From: Lepidodermella squamata
Lineage: Eukaryota > Animalia > Gastrotricha
Direction of reading: 5' to 3'
Length of the DNA stretch: 64,000 nucleotides
Assembly: GCA_047495785.1 (NCBI GenBank)
Contig: JBLDXI010000054.1
Location: 124,001 to 188,000 of the forward strand
Part shown: positions 49,556 to 62,467 of the stretch, piece by piece
Layout of the letters: each line of letters opens with the position of its first letter
Numbering within the stretch: position 1 is the first letter of the stretch
Position numbers and translations under genes: made by a program
The notes under the pieces: generated by a model
Database searches by the model: none
What the model saw: the letters and a program-made list of their open reading frames with translations, nothing else
What the model was told of the DNA's origin: nothing

Positions 49556-49962
49556 GAGCCGTTCAAATGGAGCGCTTGTGAGAATAGTGAGTATGAAATT
49601 GCGTGTGATTGTGAGGCAGATGAGTTCTACAGATTGAATATATTTGATGGATGTTCGATGTTCGGCCTAAACGCAACAAAATGCAGAACATAAAATTTTG
49701 TATTTGACGCCAAAATATTCTACAATATCCAGAAAGGATTACGAGGTGGATGAATATCCGAAAGCTAGTTAGGATGCTATTAAGAGCAGCGGAATGTCAG
49801 ATTAGATATATGAAAGTTGAATATCCGTTATAGCTTGTTCAACCGGTTTTTACCCCGGCTTACATCTGGAGTGAGAGAAAATGATAGAGCGTGATGTGGA
49901 TTAATTAACGAAGGGAGGATTGTGCACGGTGACTGTTCAATGAATGCAGGCGTTCTGAAGTT

Positions 49963-52900
49963 TCAGATTTCTGTGTAAACGGAGAAGTAAAGATTAACTC
50001 CCAAGACGATGAATAGCGCAGCCAGAAAGGCCATGAAGTCATAGACACGGATTAGTGACAGCGCTTTGCAGCAGCGTAGCAGGGTAATTTCGGTTAAAAG
50101 TTTGGCTTCTATACGATTTGTCATGAAGGCTGAAACAACAATCTCATACAACGCCAAGGCAGCCACAGTTGCTGTTAGGCTTAGAACGTAGTTGGCATAC
50201 AGGATCTGGGTATCAGTCTCAGGAACGCTGCGCAAGACGTCAGATTGCGCGACGACCATTGACAGCATGATTGTGCAACAAATTGCGGGACGATCTGGAG
50301 CGGCTGGCTCCATTAGCAGGCTGCCGAATCCGAGAAACAACAAAATGTAGCAAGGGATCATGAAGTTCACAATGTAGTAGTTGGTATCACGTTTGAACTT
50401 TAAAACGACCTTGGCGTATGAAACAAATGATGTTGCTCTTGACTTCGAAGCCACGGTACCCTTTTCAATCTTGTAGTTCTCAAATTCCCAAACGCCGTAA
50501 TCAAGAGAACCAGCTATATTAACATATAACCCGCCAATCGAAAGAAACTCAGTATTCTCCTCGAGTTCCATTGTCATATCGCAGGTTTGATGGTCAAAAG
50601 GAAACGTTGTTAGGTCTAGCTTGCAACTGCTCGCTAATGTTCCAACACGTATCCAATGGAAAAACAAGGTTCGATTCGGTCGGGTTGGGTAGTAAGCGAT
50701 TTCAATCTTCTCTCCGCATACTGGATTTGTTATATCGAAATCGGGCGTTTTGTTTGGGAAAATCATCGAAGGTCGCCATATGTCAGTCCGCCTGGTTGAA
50801 ACAAGCCGTTCTTTATCTTCAGCTCCTGGTGCTGTGTATCTTGCGTCGCAAGAAGAAACCGCCCATTGCAGAAGGACGGAACCCCAAAAGTAGACCCTTT
50901 GCTGGCCCTGCTCGACAGACTCGATGTTATCGAGGTCTAGACTGATGAATACCGATGTAGCGCGTCCCGGAGCCCGCTGTTCGACACCAAGATAAGGGCA
51001 CGGGGTAAGATCATCCGTTGCAATTGTCGGTACCATATTTCCAGCCAAGAGCTCTGGAACAGGAAAGCCTGTAACTGGATCGTAGTATGAGCTCTCATTT
51101 CCTAGATCTGTCATTGAATTCGAACTTCCCTTTTCCGAAGTTGCGAGGCTTGTGGATGTTGTTATCGCATTTGTTTGTTTGACCGACGTGCTCAGTGAGG
51201 TGTATTGCTGCGTAGTAGTTGTCATGAGGCTGGTTGATGAGGATGACGATGTCTTCGATGATGACGAAACAGTTGTCGTTGTGCCGTTTCTTGTCGGCGA
51301 CAAAATCCAAGTCATGCTTTCCAAGAGAATAATGATTTCGAGAGGTTTCAGGTGCAAGGAAACTTACAATCGCCTGACATTGACGGTACCCCTGAATACT
51401 ACCATTTCGGCCATGGTATATCCCGTTATGTATCGTAAGTTGGTGAAGCATATAGCCGAAGGAGTCGCTCCATATCCAGGCAACGCTGTAATACCAACCT
51501 GGGAGAAAATCATTTACCGCCGATAATAAAAAAGAAAGATACCAACCGTCACAGTGTAGTTGACCTTTTGTACTATCAGCCTGTACTTCGCATTGCCGCT
51601 TGAATCAAACAAGTTCGATAGACCGCACGCTGGCTGTGACACACTGGTGTAATTGAACGGCACTGGGGTGTAATTCATGACTTTGACGCTGTCAAAAGCC
51701 GCGTAAAGCTCCCCACCGCCGTTCGCAAGTCGGTGAGAAATGGTCAATCCATTGTAATTCAGCATAGCATTATTGCTGCTCTGGCCGTCAGTTGAGCCTG
51801 TCAATTCAATATAAATGATAATAGCTTGAGGGTTTCAACTCTTCAACTTGCCAAAAGACTTCCACGCATAAAGGGTGGGGAAGCTAAGGATAAACCAGGA
51901 CGACGATCCATTCGTCGGATAATAGGCGTCTAAATCCACTTCGATGCGCCAGGGCCAATTCTCATGAGTATTACCAAAGTCCTGTGAGATACATCACAGC
52001 TTGAAAATGCCTAATCAATCAGACCATGCTCACCCCTGATATGAATGATAACGGTGAGGGTGACTGAAGGGTGCAGCCTTTCAGGTAGGAGCATGACGTA
52101 GGTCCCCATCGATGCGTCCAGGCCGTGATGCTGCTGTTATAGCCGTCGAAGCTGTTGATCATGTGAATGGAGGGAGGCCCAGCTAAATCAGTCGGATAAG
52201 GCACAGTAATGGTGTCTGGTTCAGGGAGCACGGATCCTTGCGTATTCCAGAAATAACTGCGTTTAGAAATGATGCAAATACAAAAACATATTTCTCTTCT
52301 GTCCTCTTTGAAAGACAAATCTTTCAATTATGAATTTCAATTAGAAAGAAAACATTTGCATCATGCCATCTATATCAGATGTTGGAGCAATCCCTCTGAC
52401 ATTGGAATCGATTGAACAGTTCAATATTTAGGAAGGCAATAACATAAACACAACCCTAGCGAAAAAGTTTTCGCGTGTACATGCATCGACTATGAATTGA
52501 CTTGCATGTCGGTGGCGCTATACATCGCATGCCAACGAGTTGTGGTTTTTTAACTAGGGAACGTATTTCCTGTGGCTGATTTTCACTCATCATATCATTA
52601 TCTTTTTTTATCTCTTCAATATCTTTCTCGAAAGTGGCCTACTCTAGGGATCGATCTCTGCTAGATGTTGGAGTAATCTGTCCGAAATGCGACTACAATG
52701 AAGGACATTTTTCAAATGGATATTTTTGCAAGATGACTTAGCATCATAGTCGCGCGATATATATTGAATAGGCAGCAATCAACTTACAATTTCCGAATGA
52801 TGATATCAGAATCCGAACCCATTCCGATGAAGAAAGGTCCACAGTATGCCTGGGCCATCATCAGGTTTTGCAAAGCGTAAACTGTCCCTGACATATCTAC

Positions 52901-53881
52901 GTCTTCAATGCAATTCGTCGACTGTAAGGAATCACTGCCGTTCAGAGGAATAATAGAAACCTGACATTTCGAGTATAATTGTCGAGGTAAAATGCCCGTC
53001 TTTAAACATCAAATAACTAACGTTATACGTGCGATAATTACGCTGCGCTTGGAACACGATTCGATACGTCAAGCTTCCGACATTTGTCAGAACATTATTG
53101 TTACCGCAGCTTGGCTGCGATTCGCCAAAGTCTGTACTCCCGTTTATCGGGGGTCGAAAAGTGACGTTGCCGCTTGGTAGTTTGAACTCAGAAAAGCTTG
53201 CATAGATCTTACCGCCAATTTCGAGCTTGTGCCAGATCGTCGCACTTGCTCCGTAGCTGCTAAAAGTATCGTAAATCTCAGCTGAGCTATTTGATTTTGC
53301 TAAGGTTAAGTTCGAAGTTCGAGGTATAAATCATGAGAGGCTCGAAATCTGACCTGGTATCATGTCAAGTTTTTTACCGATTCCAAACCCGAACCACGCG
53401 TCGGAGTTGCTGGTTTTGTAAGTAACAGAAACCTCGACTTCAATTCGAAACGGAGCCACCAAGCCATGCTTATCAGTTATCAGCTGCGAAATAACTTCAA
53501 TTGGTTGCTTTAGTCTTCAAATGGAGACAACTCACTGTTCCTCCAACCATTCCGAAAGTTTTGTTCAAATTTGGCTGCGAAGAAATTAGCTGAATGCCAT
53601 TTTGAACGTATTCAGCTGAGTAGGAGAGAGCCAGGCTGGAGTTTCCGTTGAGATTCCCATCAGTTAGGTCGAAAGACAGGTCAGCTACATATCGTGGAGT
53701 CCCTGCCAATGATTCTTGAAGAGGAACAGAAGTCGTGTCTGGTATAGGGTCTCTTCCTGATTCAACAGCACCTAAATTCACGTTTTATTCATAATCAGTT
53801 ACAATACTGACGCAATTTTAAACCTGTGGCGGCAGACAGAATTATAACGGCGGAGACCAAATATGAGTTAGAATAAAGCAT
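49963..53881 (-). CDS. Long-form Cys-loop channel L3 (10 exons, one GC-AG intron)
   Basis: ATG at 53881 (MLYSNSYLVSAVIILSAAT|GAVESGRDPIPD). All exons splice in frame to the channel exon. Cys-loop CKLDLTTFPFDHQTC. Confidence 0.88.
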
Positions 53882-54518
53882 TATCAGGTAAATTTAACGA
53901 AAAGCGGAACAAGATTTTTCGCTGTTTATCATCTCAGCTGCGACGCCGTGATAGAAAGCATTATCGTTTACAGATTCACCTTTTAGTAACCAAGGCTCGA
54001 AAGCGAATGACAGACATCTATGGCTTGTATTGCCTTCATCTCAAATGTTTATAGAGCAGCTGCATAAAGTTTTTACTCGGCGTTTGTCGACTCGGACAAT
54101 TTTCTCTTCTGAATTGATAAGTATTTGAAGTAATGCAGAAAACAGGTTTATTAATTTTTAATTATCCCTTATCCCATACACGTAATATATTTTGCATTGG
54201 TCTAAGAGTAAAGGCCGTTGTTTTCCTTGCTCCTCAGATATAAAGCTTGAATGAAAGTATAACCCACATACCGCTTCAGACATTCAAAGATGCCGCCTCG
54301 CAGTGTTTCAGTGAAGAGCAATATCCCATGTGCTGTCGATGATCATTATTCCAAAGTCCAGATAATAAAGCAACGAATTAGTTGGCAGAAATACACCTAG
54401 GGTTGAGGGCCGGTTCAAATTCTGAGAAGCTGATACTATTTGACGTTGTGCACGCGTACAAATTTCTCTGGTCACTGGGGCCGAATTCAAAGCTCAAATA
54501 AGCTTGGAAAATATTTTT

Positions 54519-55106
54519 TTAACATCAAATTACTTTTTCTATCATCAAACTCTTTTTCAACAGCAAAATTCGGGATTTATTATTTGATAGGCAAGAATAT
54601 ACTTTCATGATAATGTTGCGGAGGTGTTGTGCTACATGCGAAAGTCCGGCTACGAGCGATGTCAGTGCCGGGCAAAGTTGCTTCTCGACGGCGAGACATG
54701 GGTGCTGAAGCATTCGGCATTCGGGGCGAAGCAGCGTCACAAGGCGGCGTAAAACGTTCCGGCAGCTTAACCTTGAAGGGCCCTGACTAATTTCACTCAT
54801 TTGAATCATCGTCTTCGACAAAATGGGAATCGTAAAATTATTCGGACAAATATTCGGACAAATATTCAAAAATTCATTTTTTGGCCAAAAATCAAACATT
54901 TGTCTGTAACTTTGCGAAATTGCAGCTAACTCAATTTTTCATAATTTCTTAAACGGGTTCGACAGAACAAACTACATTGTTCGTCCGAATTTTCTGTTAT
55001 TTTTCCGGACTGGTCATCATCAATGAGTGCGGGTCGCAAAAATTAACATATCGAAATTTGCTGTTGAAAAAAGAGTTTGATGATAGAAAAAGTAATTTGA
55101 TGTTAA
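54519..55106. mobile_element. Inverted-repeat element (probable non-autonomous DNA transposon; true ends uncertain)
   Basis: About 50 bp TTAACATCAAATTACTTTTTCTATCATCAAACTCTTTTTCAACAGCAAA is mirrored at ~55057-55106. Confidence 0.6.
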
Positions 55107-56033
55107 GAAATGTGACCCCAAAGCTTCTTACGCGTTTTCCTGCGACAAAAGTGTCGAATAAAACCATAGAATAAAACGATTGCAAAAAATAAGTAAATTC
55201 GTTTTCAATTTCAACAGTAATTTTCTATTAAAAAAAGCTTAGGTTACTTATATGCTTGCGAAATTCTAAATTTAAATATTTATTGTTCATTGAATTCAAG
55301 TTAGAAATTCTGAAACTTCAGACTGCTATTTTTCATTGAAAATTATCTTCATCGCCAATCATAGACCGATTTTGCTCATTGCCGGCCCTCGTTCTTTAAC
55401 CAAACGCTAAAATTGTCTTGGTTATTACGACGGCGAGCCCACTACGCTTCAGCCAGTGCTTCAAACTAATACAGTCTGAACATACCAGATTTTGGAGAGA
55501 TTCATAGTATCTTGCATTTCCTTGCTTCTAGTGAGCCAGGTCACATCGGGAAGCTGGTCTCAGGTCTCAGGGCTGTCATGCTGAACACCCATCACAGGGT
55601 AAAAGTTGTTACAATTGAGCACTGGCTCTTCATGTAAACATCCTCAGATAAATAGCAAAGTTTAACATTTCCAAACACAGTCCAAGCAGTTTGAAGCATG
55701 ATCACAGGAGCGATGTTTGTTAGTTAAATTTATGAAAATGACCGTCTGATGTCCTGAAATCCTGCTTTATTAATTCAAGATTCGTGAAAATAATGGGTCA
55801 ATAAGCTCACAGTAAAAAGTAAATAAAATACTTATTAATTGTTGATAACAATCCTCTACAGCTGAATAGCCGCTCGAGTTGAAGGAAATATACAGCGGGC
55901 AAAGTAACATGGCGATATATGTGACCTAAGCGCTTAACTGCGTGTAACACAATACGTATTCTAGCTTGTGTAATTTGAATTTAGAATCTAGTTAGCAAAC
56001 ACAAGCGAGCTGAGTTGTTGATTTTTACGCAGC

Positions 56034-59000
56034 TCAAAAACCTGCGACAGCAACCAAGTACAAATTGGTGCTTAGGATGAAAAACCCAGCCGCAAGAACT
56101 ACCAGGATGTCGCAGACACGATTGAATTCCACTGGTTTGAAGCGGCGAAAGAGTTGGATCGGAATTGTGTGTTTTACATCATCCCGAACCATAACTATTT
56201 CATAAATGGCAACGGCAGCCATAGTCGCGTTGAGACTCAAGGCATAGTTTGCTAACAATATTTGCTGATCAGTCTCAGGAACGCTTCGCAAGACATCAGA
56301 TTGCGCGACGATCAGTGACAGCATGATTGTGCAGCATATGGCTGGGCGGTCCGGGACGCTCGGATCCATCAACAGAGTACCAAGTCCGAGTACTATCAGG
56401 ATGTAGCAGGGGATCATGAAATTCACAATGTAATAACCATATTCACGTTTAAACGTCAGCGTAATCCGTGCATAGGAAACACGCGAAGACGCCCTTATTC
56501 GCGATGGCATTGTACCCTGTTCACTTTTGTACTTTGATAACTTCCAAACGCCGAAGTCGAGAGACCCAACCACTTTAACGTACAGCCCGCCGATAGATAG
56601 AAACTCTGTGTTTTCCTCTAAAGCCATCGTCATATCGCAAGTTTGGTTGTCAAAAGGAAACGTTGTCAAGTCCAACTTGCAGCTGGTTGCGAATGTTCCA
56701 ACGCGGGTCCAGTGGAAAAACAAGGTTCGATTCGGTCGGGTTGGGTAGTAGGCGATTTCAATCTTCTCCCCGCATACCGGATTGATTGTATCGAAATCGG
56801 GGGTTTTGTTGGGGAAAATCATCGAAGGTCGCCATATGTCAGTTCGCCGGGTTGAAACGAGCCGCTCCTTGTCCTCTGCACCTGGGGCTGTGTAGTTAGC
56901 ACTACAGGTGGATATCATCCACTGCAGCATGAGTGAGCCCCAAAAGTAAGCCCTCTGTTGGTCTTGGTCGATCGATTCGACATTTTCTAGGTAAAGAATG
57001 GCATATACCATCGATGCCCGTCCAGGTGTTCGTTGCTCGACCCCAAGATACGGGCACGGAATAATATCGTCGATGACTACTGTCGGCATGAAGTTCCCAG
57101 CTATGAGCTGCGGAACAGGGAATGTCGTTATTGGATCGTAGTAGCGTTCTCCGCTGGTTTCAGAAGACGGCTGAGCTGAGACTGCAATATCTGATATCGC
57201 TTCAATTATCGAAGAGGTCGTACCAGAACTCGCAGTTTGGGAACTCAACGTCGATGGCCCTGGCTGGTCGGAGGAGGACGATGAAAATGGTTGTTTTGAG
57301 GAAGTTGGCAAACTCGTGGATAACGACGGTTGAGAAAGAGTAGTGGTAGTAGCCATTGATGTTGGCAACCATGCCCAAGTTATTCTTAAATAAAGGTCAA
57401 TAATACTAGAAATACAATGTGCCTCATATCTCATATGTATTGCGCAACTGCTTTTGAATTTTTTCCAGAGAATTTCCATATTTTTTATTAAATGTTGCTA
57501 TCTTCAGCTGTTTGCATCCTTGCTCCACGATTCATAAGAGTAAAATGCAAGTTCATCGAAGAAATTCGTGTACTCTCCTTGTGGGAATACGCGACTTGTA
57601 CAAAAGGTTTTGCACAAAATCGATTTTTTTCATTCGTTCAAATCGTCGAATTCTAAGCATCGCCGGTACACTTGTTTTGAATGGTTGTAAACAAGAAGGA
57701 GCGCGTGCAAATTTATTTCTACGGCACATGATGTTAAATTTGCTTGTCTCTGACGGTTTAAAGGCTCGTTTTCTCATCAATGCGGGAGACAATTTTATTC
57801 CAATTCACTGTCACTTAAATAAAAGTATCAGCGATGCTTAGAATTCATCGACCATTCGAACGAATGAAAAAAATCGATTTTGTGCAAGTCGAGTATACCC
57901 CTCGTTTGCGATATTTATGAGACACGCTGTTTTCTAATAGTTGAAGCTTAATCAAATTTCAGCCTTACGCTCTCCTAATGATAACAGTTCCATTGAATCC
58001 CACCAGATCTATCATGCTGGAACCATTGAGATACGGAAGGTTGGTGAAACACGTGGCAGGTGTTGTTGAGCCAAATCCGGGTAGTGCCGTAATCGTAAGC
58101 TGAAAAAAATAAATAAATTTATAACTTGCTTAATTTGAGCTTGAAACAACCGATCCAGAGTAATTGATTTTCTGGAATATCAGCTTGTACTTGGCGTTGC
58201 CACTCGAATCGAATAGACCAGACAAGCCACAGGCAGGCGTTGTCACTTGAGTGTAATTGAACGGTACCGGGGTCAGAGATCTGACATCTGTGGAGTAGTA
58301 AGCTGAGTAGAACTCCCCTCCTCCCTTGGCGAGTCGCTGTGAAAGTGTGAGACCATAGAACCATCTCATCGCATTAGTCCCCTGACCAACAGTCGAGCCT
58401 AAAATCCTCAATAATCAAGTCATCTAAAGGAGTCCTGTTACTTACCGAAAGACTTCACGCTATTGAATATTGGGAAGTTAAGAACCAACCAAGATTGAGA
58501 TCCATCTGTCGGGTAATTTGCATCTATATCTATTTCAATTCGCCAGGACCAAGTGTCAAGTAGTTGCCCGAATTCCTACAGCAAGAAAGAAAGATTTCAG
58601 AATGATATCATAGAGAAAACAATAACCACTCAATCCAAATATGTGGAAAAAATGCCGCAAAGACACTAACGGAAATTGTGACTTGCGTAGCGGGTTGAAG
58701 AACGCAGCCTGTTAGATTGACACAAGTACCATTCGCCCATCGATTTGGGAAAAGCGTACTGCTACTGTCGTACGCATCAAAGCTGCCTGTCTCATGCAAC
58801 GTCGGAGCTTCAGTTAAACGAGACGGCAGGGGCAAGGTAGCCGTATCCGGCCCCGAAGGAAGTATAGTGGCGCGAGTTCTCCAAAAATATCTCAAGACAC
58901 ATTGGTATAGCATTACTACGATGATGTAATATCAACTCACAATTTTTTTACGATGATATCAGCGTCCGATCCGATGCCCATGAAATACGGCCCAAAGCGA

Positions 59001-60343
59001 GATTGTTGTGCCGCAATGTGCATCATCACATGGAATTGAGTATAAAAGCCTCCTGCCATGTCCATATCTGCAATGCAATTGCTCGCAGCCAGCGCTTGGT
59101 TCCCACTCAGCGGTACAATTGAAATCTGGTCAGTGCAAAATAAGCATGTTTACTTCAAATTCCCAAGGTACTTCGATTTACATTAACAAATCGGAGACCT
59201 CCTTCCCGTTGTAAATCAAACAAATCTCCCATTTCAAGCCCCATTCCCCGCCTAGAAACCGCAAAACAGTGCAGGGGAATCAACGAACAGGAAAAAAACA
59301 ACAGTGAACCCTTCGGAAATTAATTTTGGGTTTGAAAATAACCCTTAGGTCAAGTTTCCTATCCCTCGCACTGTCACAAAATTCTCGATCTGATTTAAAA
59401 GACAGATAAAGGGTCTCCTCTCGAAAGTCTTTCTCAGACTACTGCACTGGAGAATGCATTAAGCCTAAATATCACTAAAATACTAACGTTGTAGGTTCGA
59501 TAAACGCGCTGCGATTGGATGATGATCCTATAGGTCATGTTTCCCGAATTCGTAAGCATCGCAGCATTACCACAGCCTGGCTGAGACACGGCGTTATCCG
59601 TAACACCATTCATCGGTGGTGGATGCAGGGTTTGAGACACCGAGGAAGGACTTTGAGCATAGCTCACGTAGATTCTCCCTCCTGTTTCCAGCTTGTGCCA
59701 AATTGTAAAACCTGCTCCATAGCTGTAGAAGGAATCAAAGTTGACTGAAATATTGTTCGACTTTGCTATATATTATGGGATAAATAATATGTTGGGGATT
59801 TTAATATTGATCCTGAATTACCAGGCGTAAAGTCGGATAGACTTCCGAGTCCGACTCCGAACCAAGCGTTAGGATTACTGGGTTTAAAACTGACGCTCAC
59901 ATCGACTTCCATCCGAAACGGTGCCAGCAATCCAAGATTGGTTGTTATCATCTGAATGGAATAAATTCGAAAAATAAACAATTCGCCCCGAAATCCTCAA
60001 TCCTCACCCTTCCATTGGCTAAGCCGAATGTTTTATTTGCATTCGGCTGCGAGGAAATCAGTCTAATGCCGTTTTGAAGCAATTCAGATGAGTAGCTAAC
60101 TGTCAAGTTTGAATTTCCGTTCACATTTGCATCTGTTGCGTCGAATGATAGCTCTGAAATGTAACGCGGGGTGCCTGACAAGAATTCCTGAAGGGGGATG
60201 GAAGCAATATCTGGTACCGGGTCGTATCCACAGTCGACCACGCCTAATTGTTGATTTAATAAAAGAATTGTACCCAGTATGAAGTTGATTTGCAAACCTG
60301 AAGCCGCGGCCAGTATGATGAACTGTGAGATGATAGTAGGCAT
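56034..60343 (-). CDS. Long-form Cys-loop channel L4 (10 exons)
   Basis: ATG at 60343 (MPTIISQFIILAAAS|GVVDCGYDPVPD), conserved exon series, S/T stalk, Cys-loop CKLDLTTFPFDNQTC, M1-M4. Confidence 0.85.
57580..57900. mobile_element. Foldback/MITE in the last intron of L4
   Basis: TTGCACAAAATCGATTTTTTTCATTCGTTC...GAATTCTAAGCATCGC is mirrored at ~57830-57887. Confidence 0.65.
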
Positions 60344-60899
60344 CTGTAGCTCGCTATCGTTCAATATGACTTTGGTCTTCCTCTTTTCTCTTTTCTATTA
60401 TGCCGTCGCTGATGCGTATGTTGGGGTTCTGGCTTTTAACATTCCATAGGATCAGCTAGAATACTTCAGTCAACAGTCTAAACTCTCAAAATATCATAAA
60501 TGATTCATTGAATTGAGGATCAAAAAGCTTTTACATCTCTCAACGGCTGCTTGCAGGTGCTGCAGACTATCTGCGATTGGAATATTTGACGAAATGGGGT
60601 GTTGCTGGACGGCTTGACTGCAGCATTTGTCCATAATCAAACATGGATGTCGAAAAACATGAAATTTATCGATTTGTATAGATAATTATCAGTGTGATGA
60701 AATACTTCTCCCTTGTAAATGCAAAAAGCTCACTTGTGCAAAAGGCACGAGAGCGTAGGACGTAGGACATTTTCTATTCTCGCTCTATTCTGCATTGAAT
60801 CCGCAGACATCGTAATTTTCAGTAACACCAAGGCTTGAAAGCTTCATTTGTGCGGTCGGTAGCATAGGACGCTGGGACTTGCAGAAAAATCAGAAAATG

Positions 60900-61430
60900 G
60901 GTGATTTTTTATTGAGGTCCATTTGAGGAGCCGATCACAAGGTCATCCAAGGGGGTTACATCAAGACGGCTATTACCCCGTGTTTCGTACTTGAGATTTT
61001 ATGGCTATTTGTTACTTTCATATGAAGTTTAACTGCCGCAAATGGTTCGAAAGTGAGTGCTTTATTTGTTTTTCCGATGGTTTCAGTCAGTAATTTGCTG
61101 TTACAACGGGTGGAATTAAGCTTTGGTACGCGGTTAACGAAGCTGTCGTCCAACTGGCGAAAGATTACAACGAGGCGATTTCCGACGGTTTCAGACGATA
61201 ATCAATTTATTTCTCTTTACAGTTCCTAGTGTTTTGGCTATCAACGAAGGATGAGCTGAGGGCTATTCCTATTGTTTACGTTCACGAAGACTTTATTAAG
61301 TAATTCGAGCCAATTTATATCTATGGTCCGCTGTCGTGTTGGTATGAAGGCGCCTCTGATTTTATAATAATAACGCACTATAACTAATAACGCAACTGAA
61401 TCGCTGAATAATCGGCTAAAGGCTGAAAGA
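60900..61430 (+). pseudogene. Degenerate Mutator-like (MULE) transposase fragment
   Basis: AICYFHMKFNCRKW (~61003-61045), WYEGA, and TNNATESLNNRLK (from 61383) in the expected order, interrupted by stops and frameshifts. Confidence 0.6.
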
Positions 61431-61608
61431 ACTGATATGACTGTCCCGCCCTCACTGCATTTCTCTCGTAAACCCTGGGTTGCTGAGCCTAGACGTGGTC
61501 GCGGGCGTGGTCGTAGTACGGCTTTTGTTCCAGCCTAAGGTGAACCTGTGGTTTCTGAACCAAGGCGTGGTCGTAGTCGGTTAACAGATATAACATCGAT
61601 ATCTGTTG

Positions 61609-61863
61609 CAGGGTGCGATCTTCGATGCCCGAGCTCCCGGGGATGGAAAATTTTTTTTGCTGTATTCGCCAAAATGACGAGTCATTCCGGCTAATAACCG
61701 AGCGAAGCGAGAAAAGTTTGGATATTTTCCACTGAAACACGCCCCAGAACCTTCCAAAATTAACAAAACAGTGGGATAAATTTTCATTTTGTTGTCTGGC
61801 CGGGCCGAGCTGGGGGGGGGGGGGGGGGGGGGGATGATCTCCCCCCCTGAAAGTCGCACACTG
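61609..61863 (-). mobile_element. hAT MITE family 2 with a perfect 8-bp TSD
   Basis: TIR CAGGGTGCGA / TCGCACACTG. ATCTGTTG at 61601-61608 and 61864-61871. Internal poly-G run. Confidence 0.88.
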
Positions 61864-62467
61864 ATCTGTTGACTAAACTGTATGTAGCCGAGGTCGAGGT
61901 CGTGGCTAACTCACCAGCTCTGTTTCTGTCGACGTAGGAAAAAACGGAGGGCTAACAATTCGAAATAAGCGCCGGGGTTGACATTTTCATTATTCGTCGG
62001 AAATCAGTATCTTAAAGTGTCGGAATATACTGTGATTGAATTGAAGCTTTCCGATGAAATGATGCATTTTTAATAGCGAATATTTATTCCGATGGTTCCG
62101 AAGGTTTCAGATAAAAATGGTACGATGAAAGTAATTATTGTTCCGATGATTTGAAGTTACTTCTAAAGCACACGTAAATCATTACTATCTGGATTCTTCT
62201 TGACTGGATTCATCTGGATTCATCGAAGGTAACGAATGAATTGGCATTGGATGAAATATACCTGCGACTTGAACAGATGAGATCGATATTCATTGCTAAG
62301 CCAGATTTACTCTGAGCATGACTCTGTGCGTGATCTGCAGGAAATTGAAAAATTAACGCCCATTCCGCAAACATTATCAGTTTTTTGATTCCTCATATCC
62401 TTCATCAAACAGAGGCGCAGCTGCTCGAACTGAAGAATTCTCTGGCATTTCATCTCATTCCCTTGAT

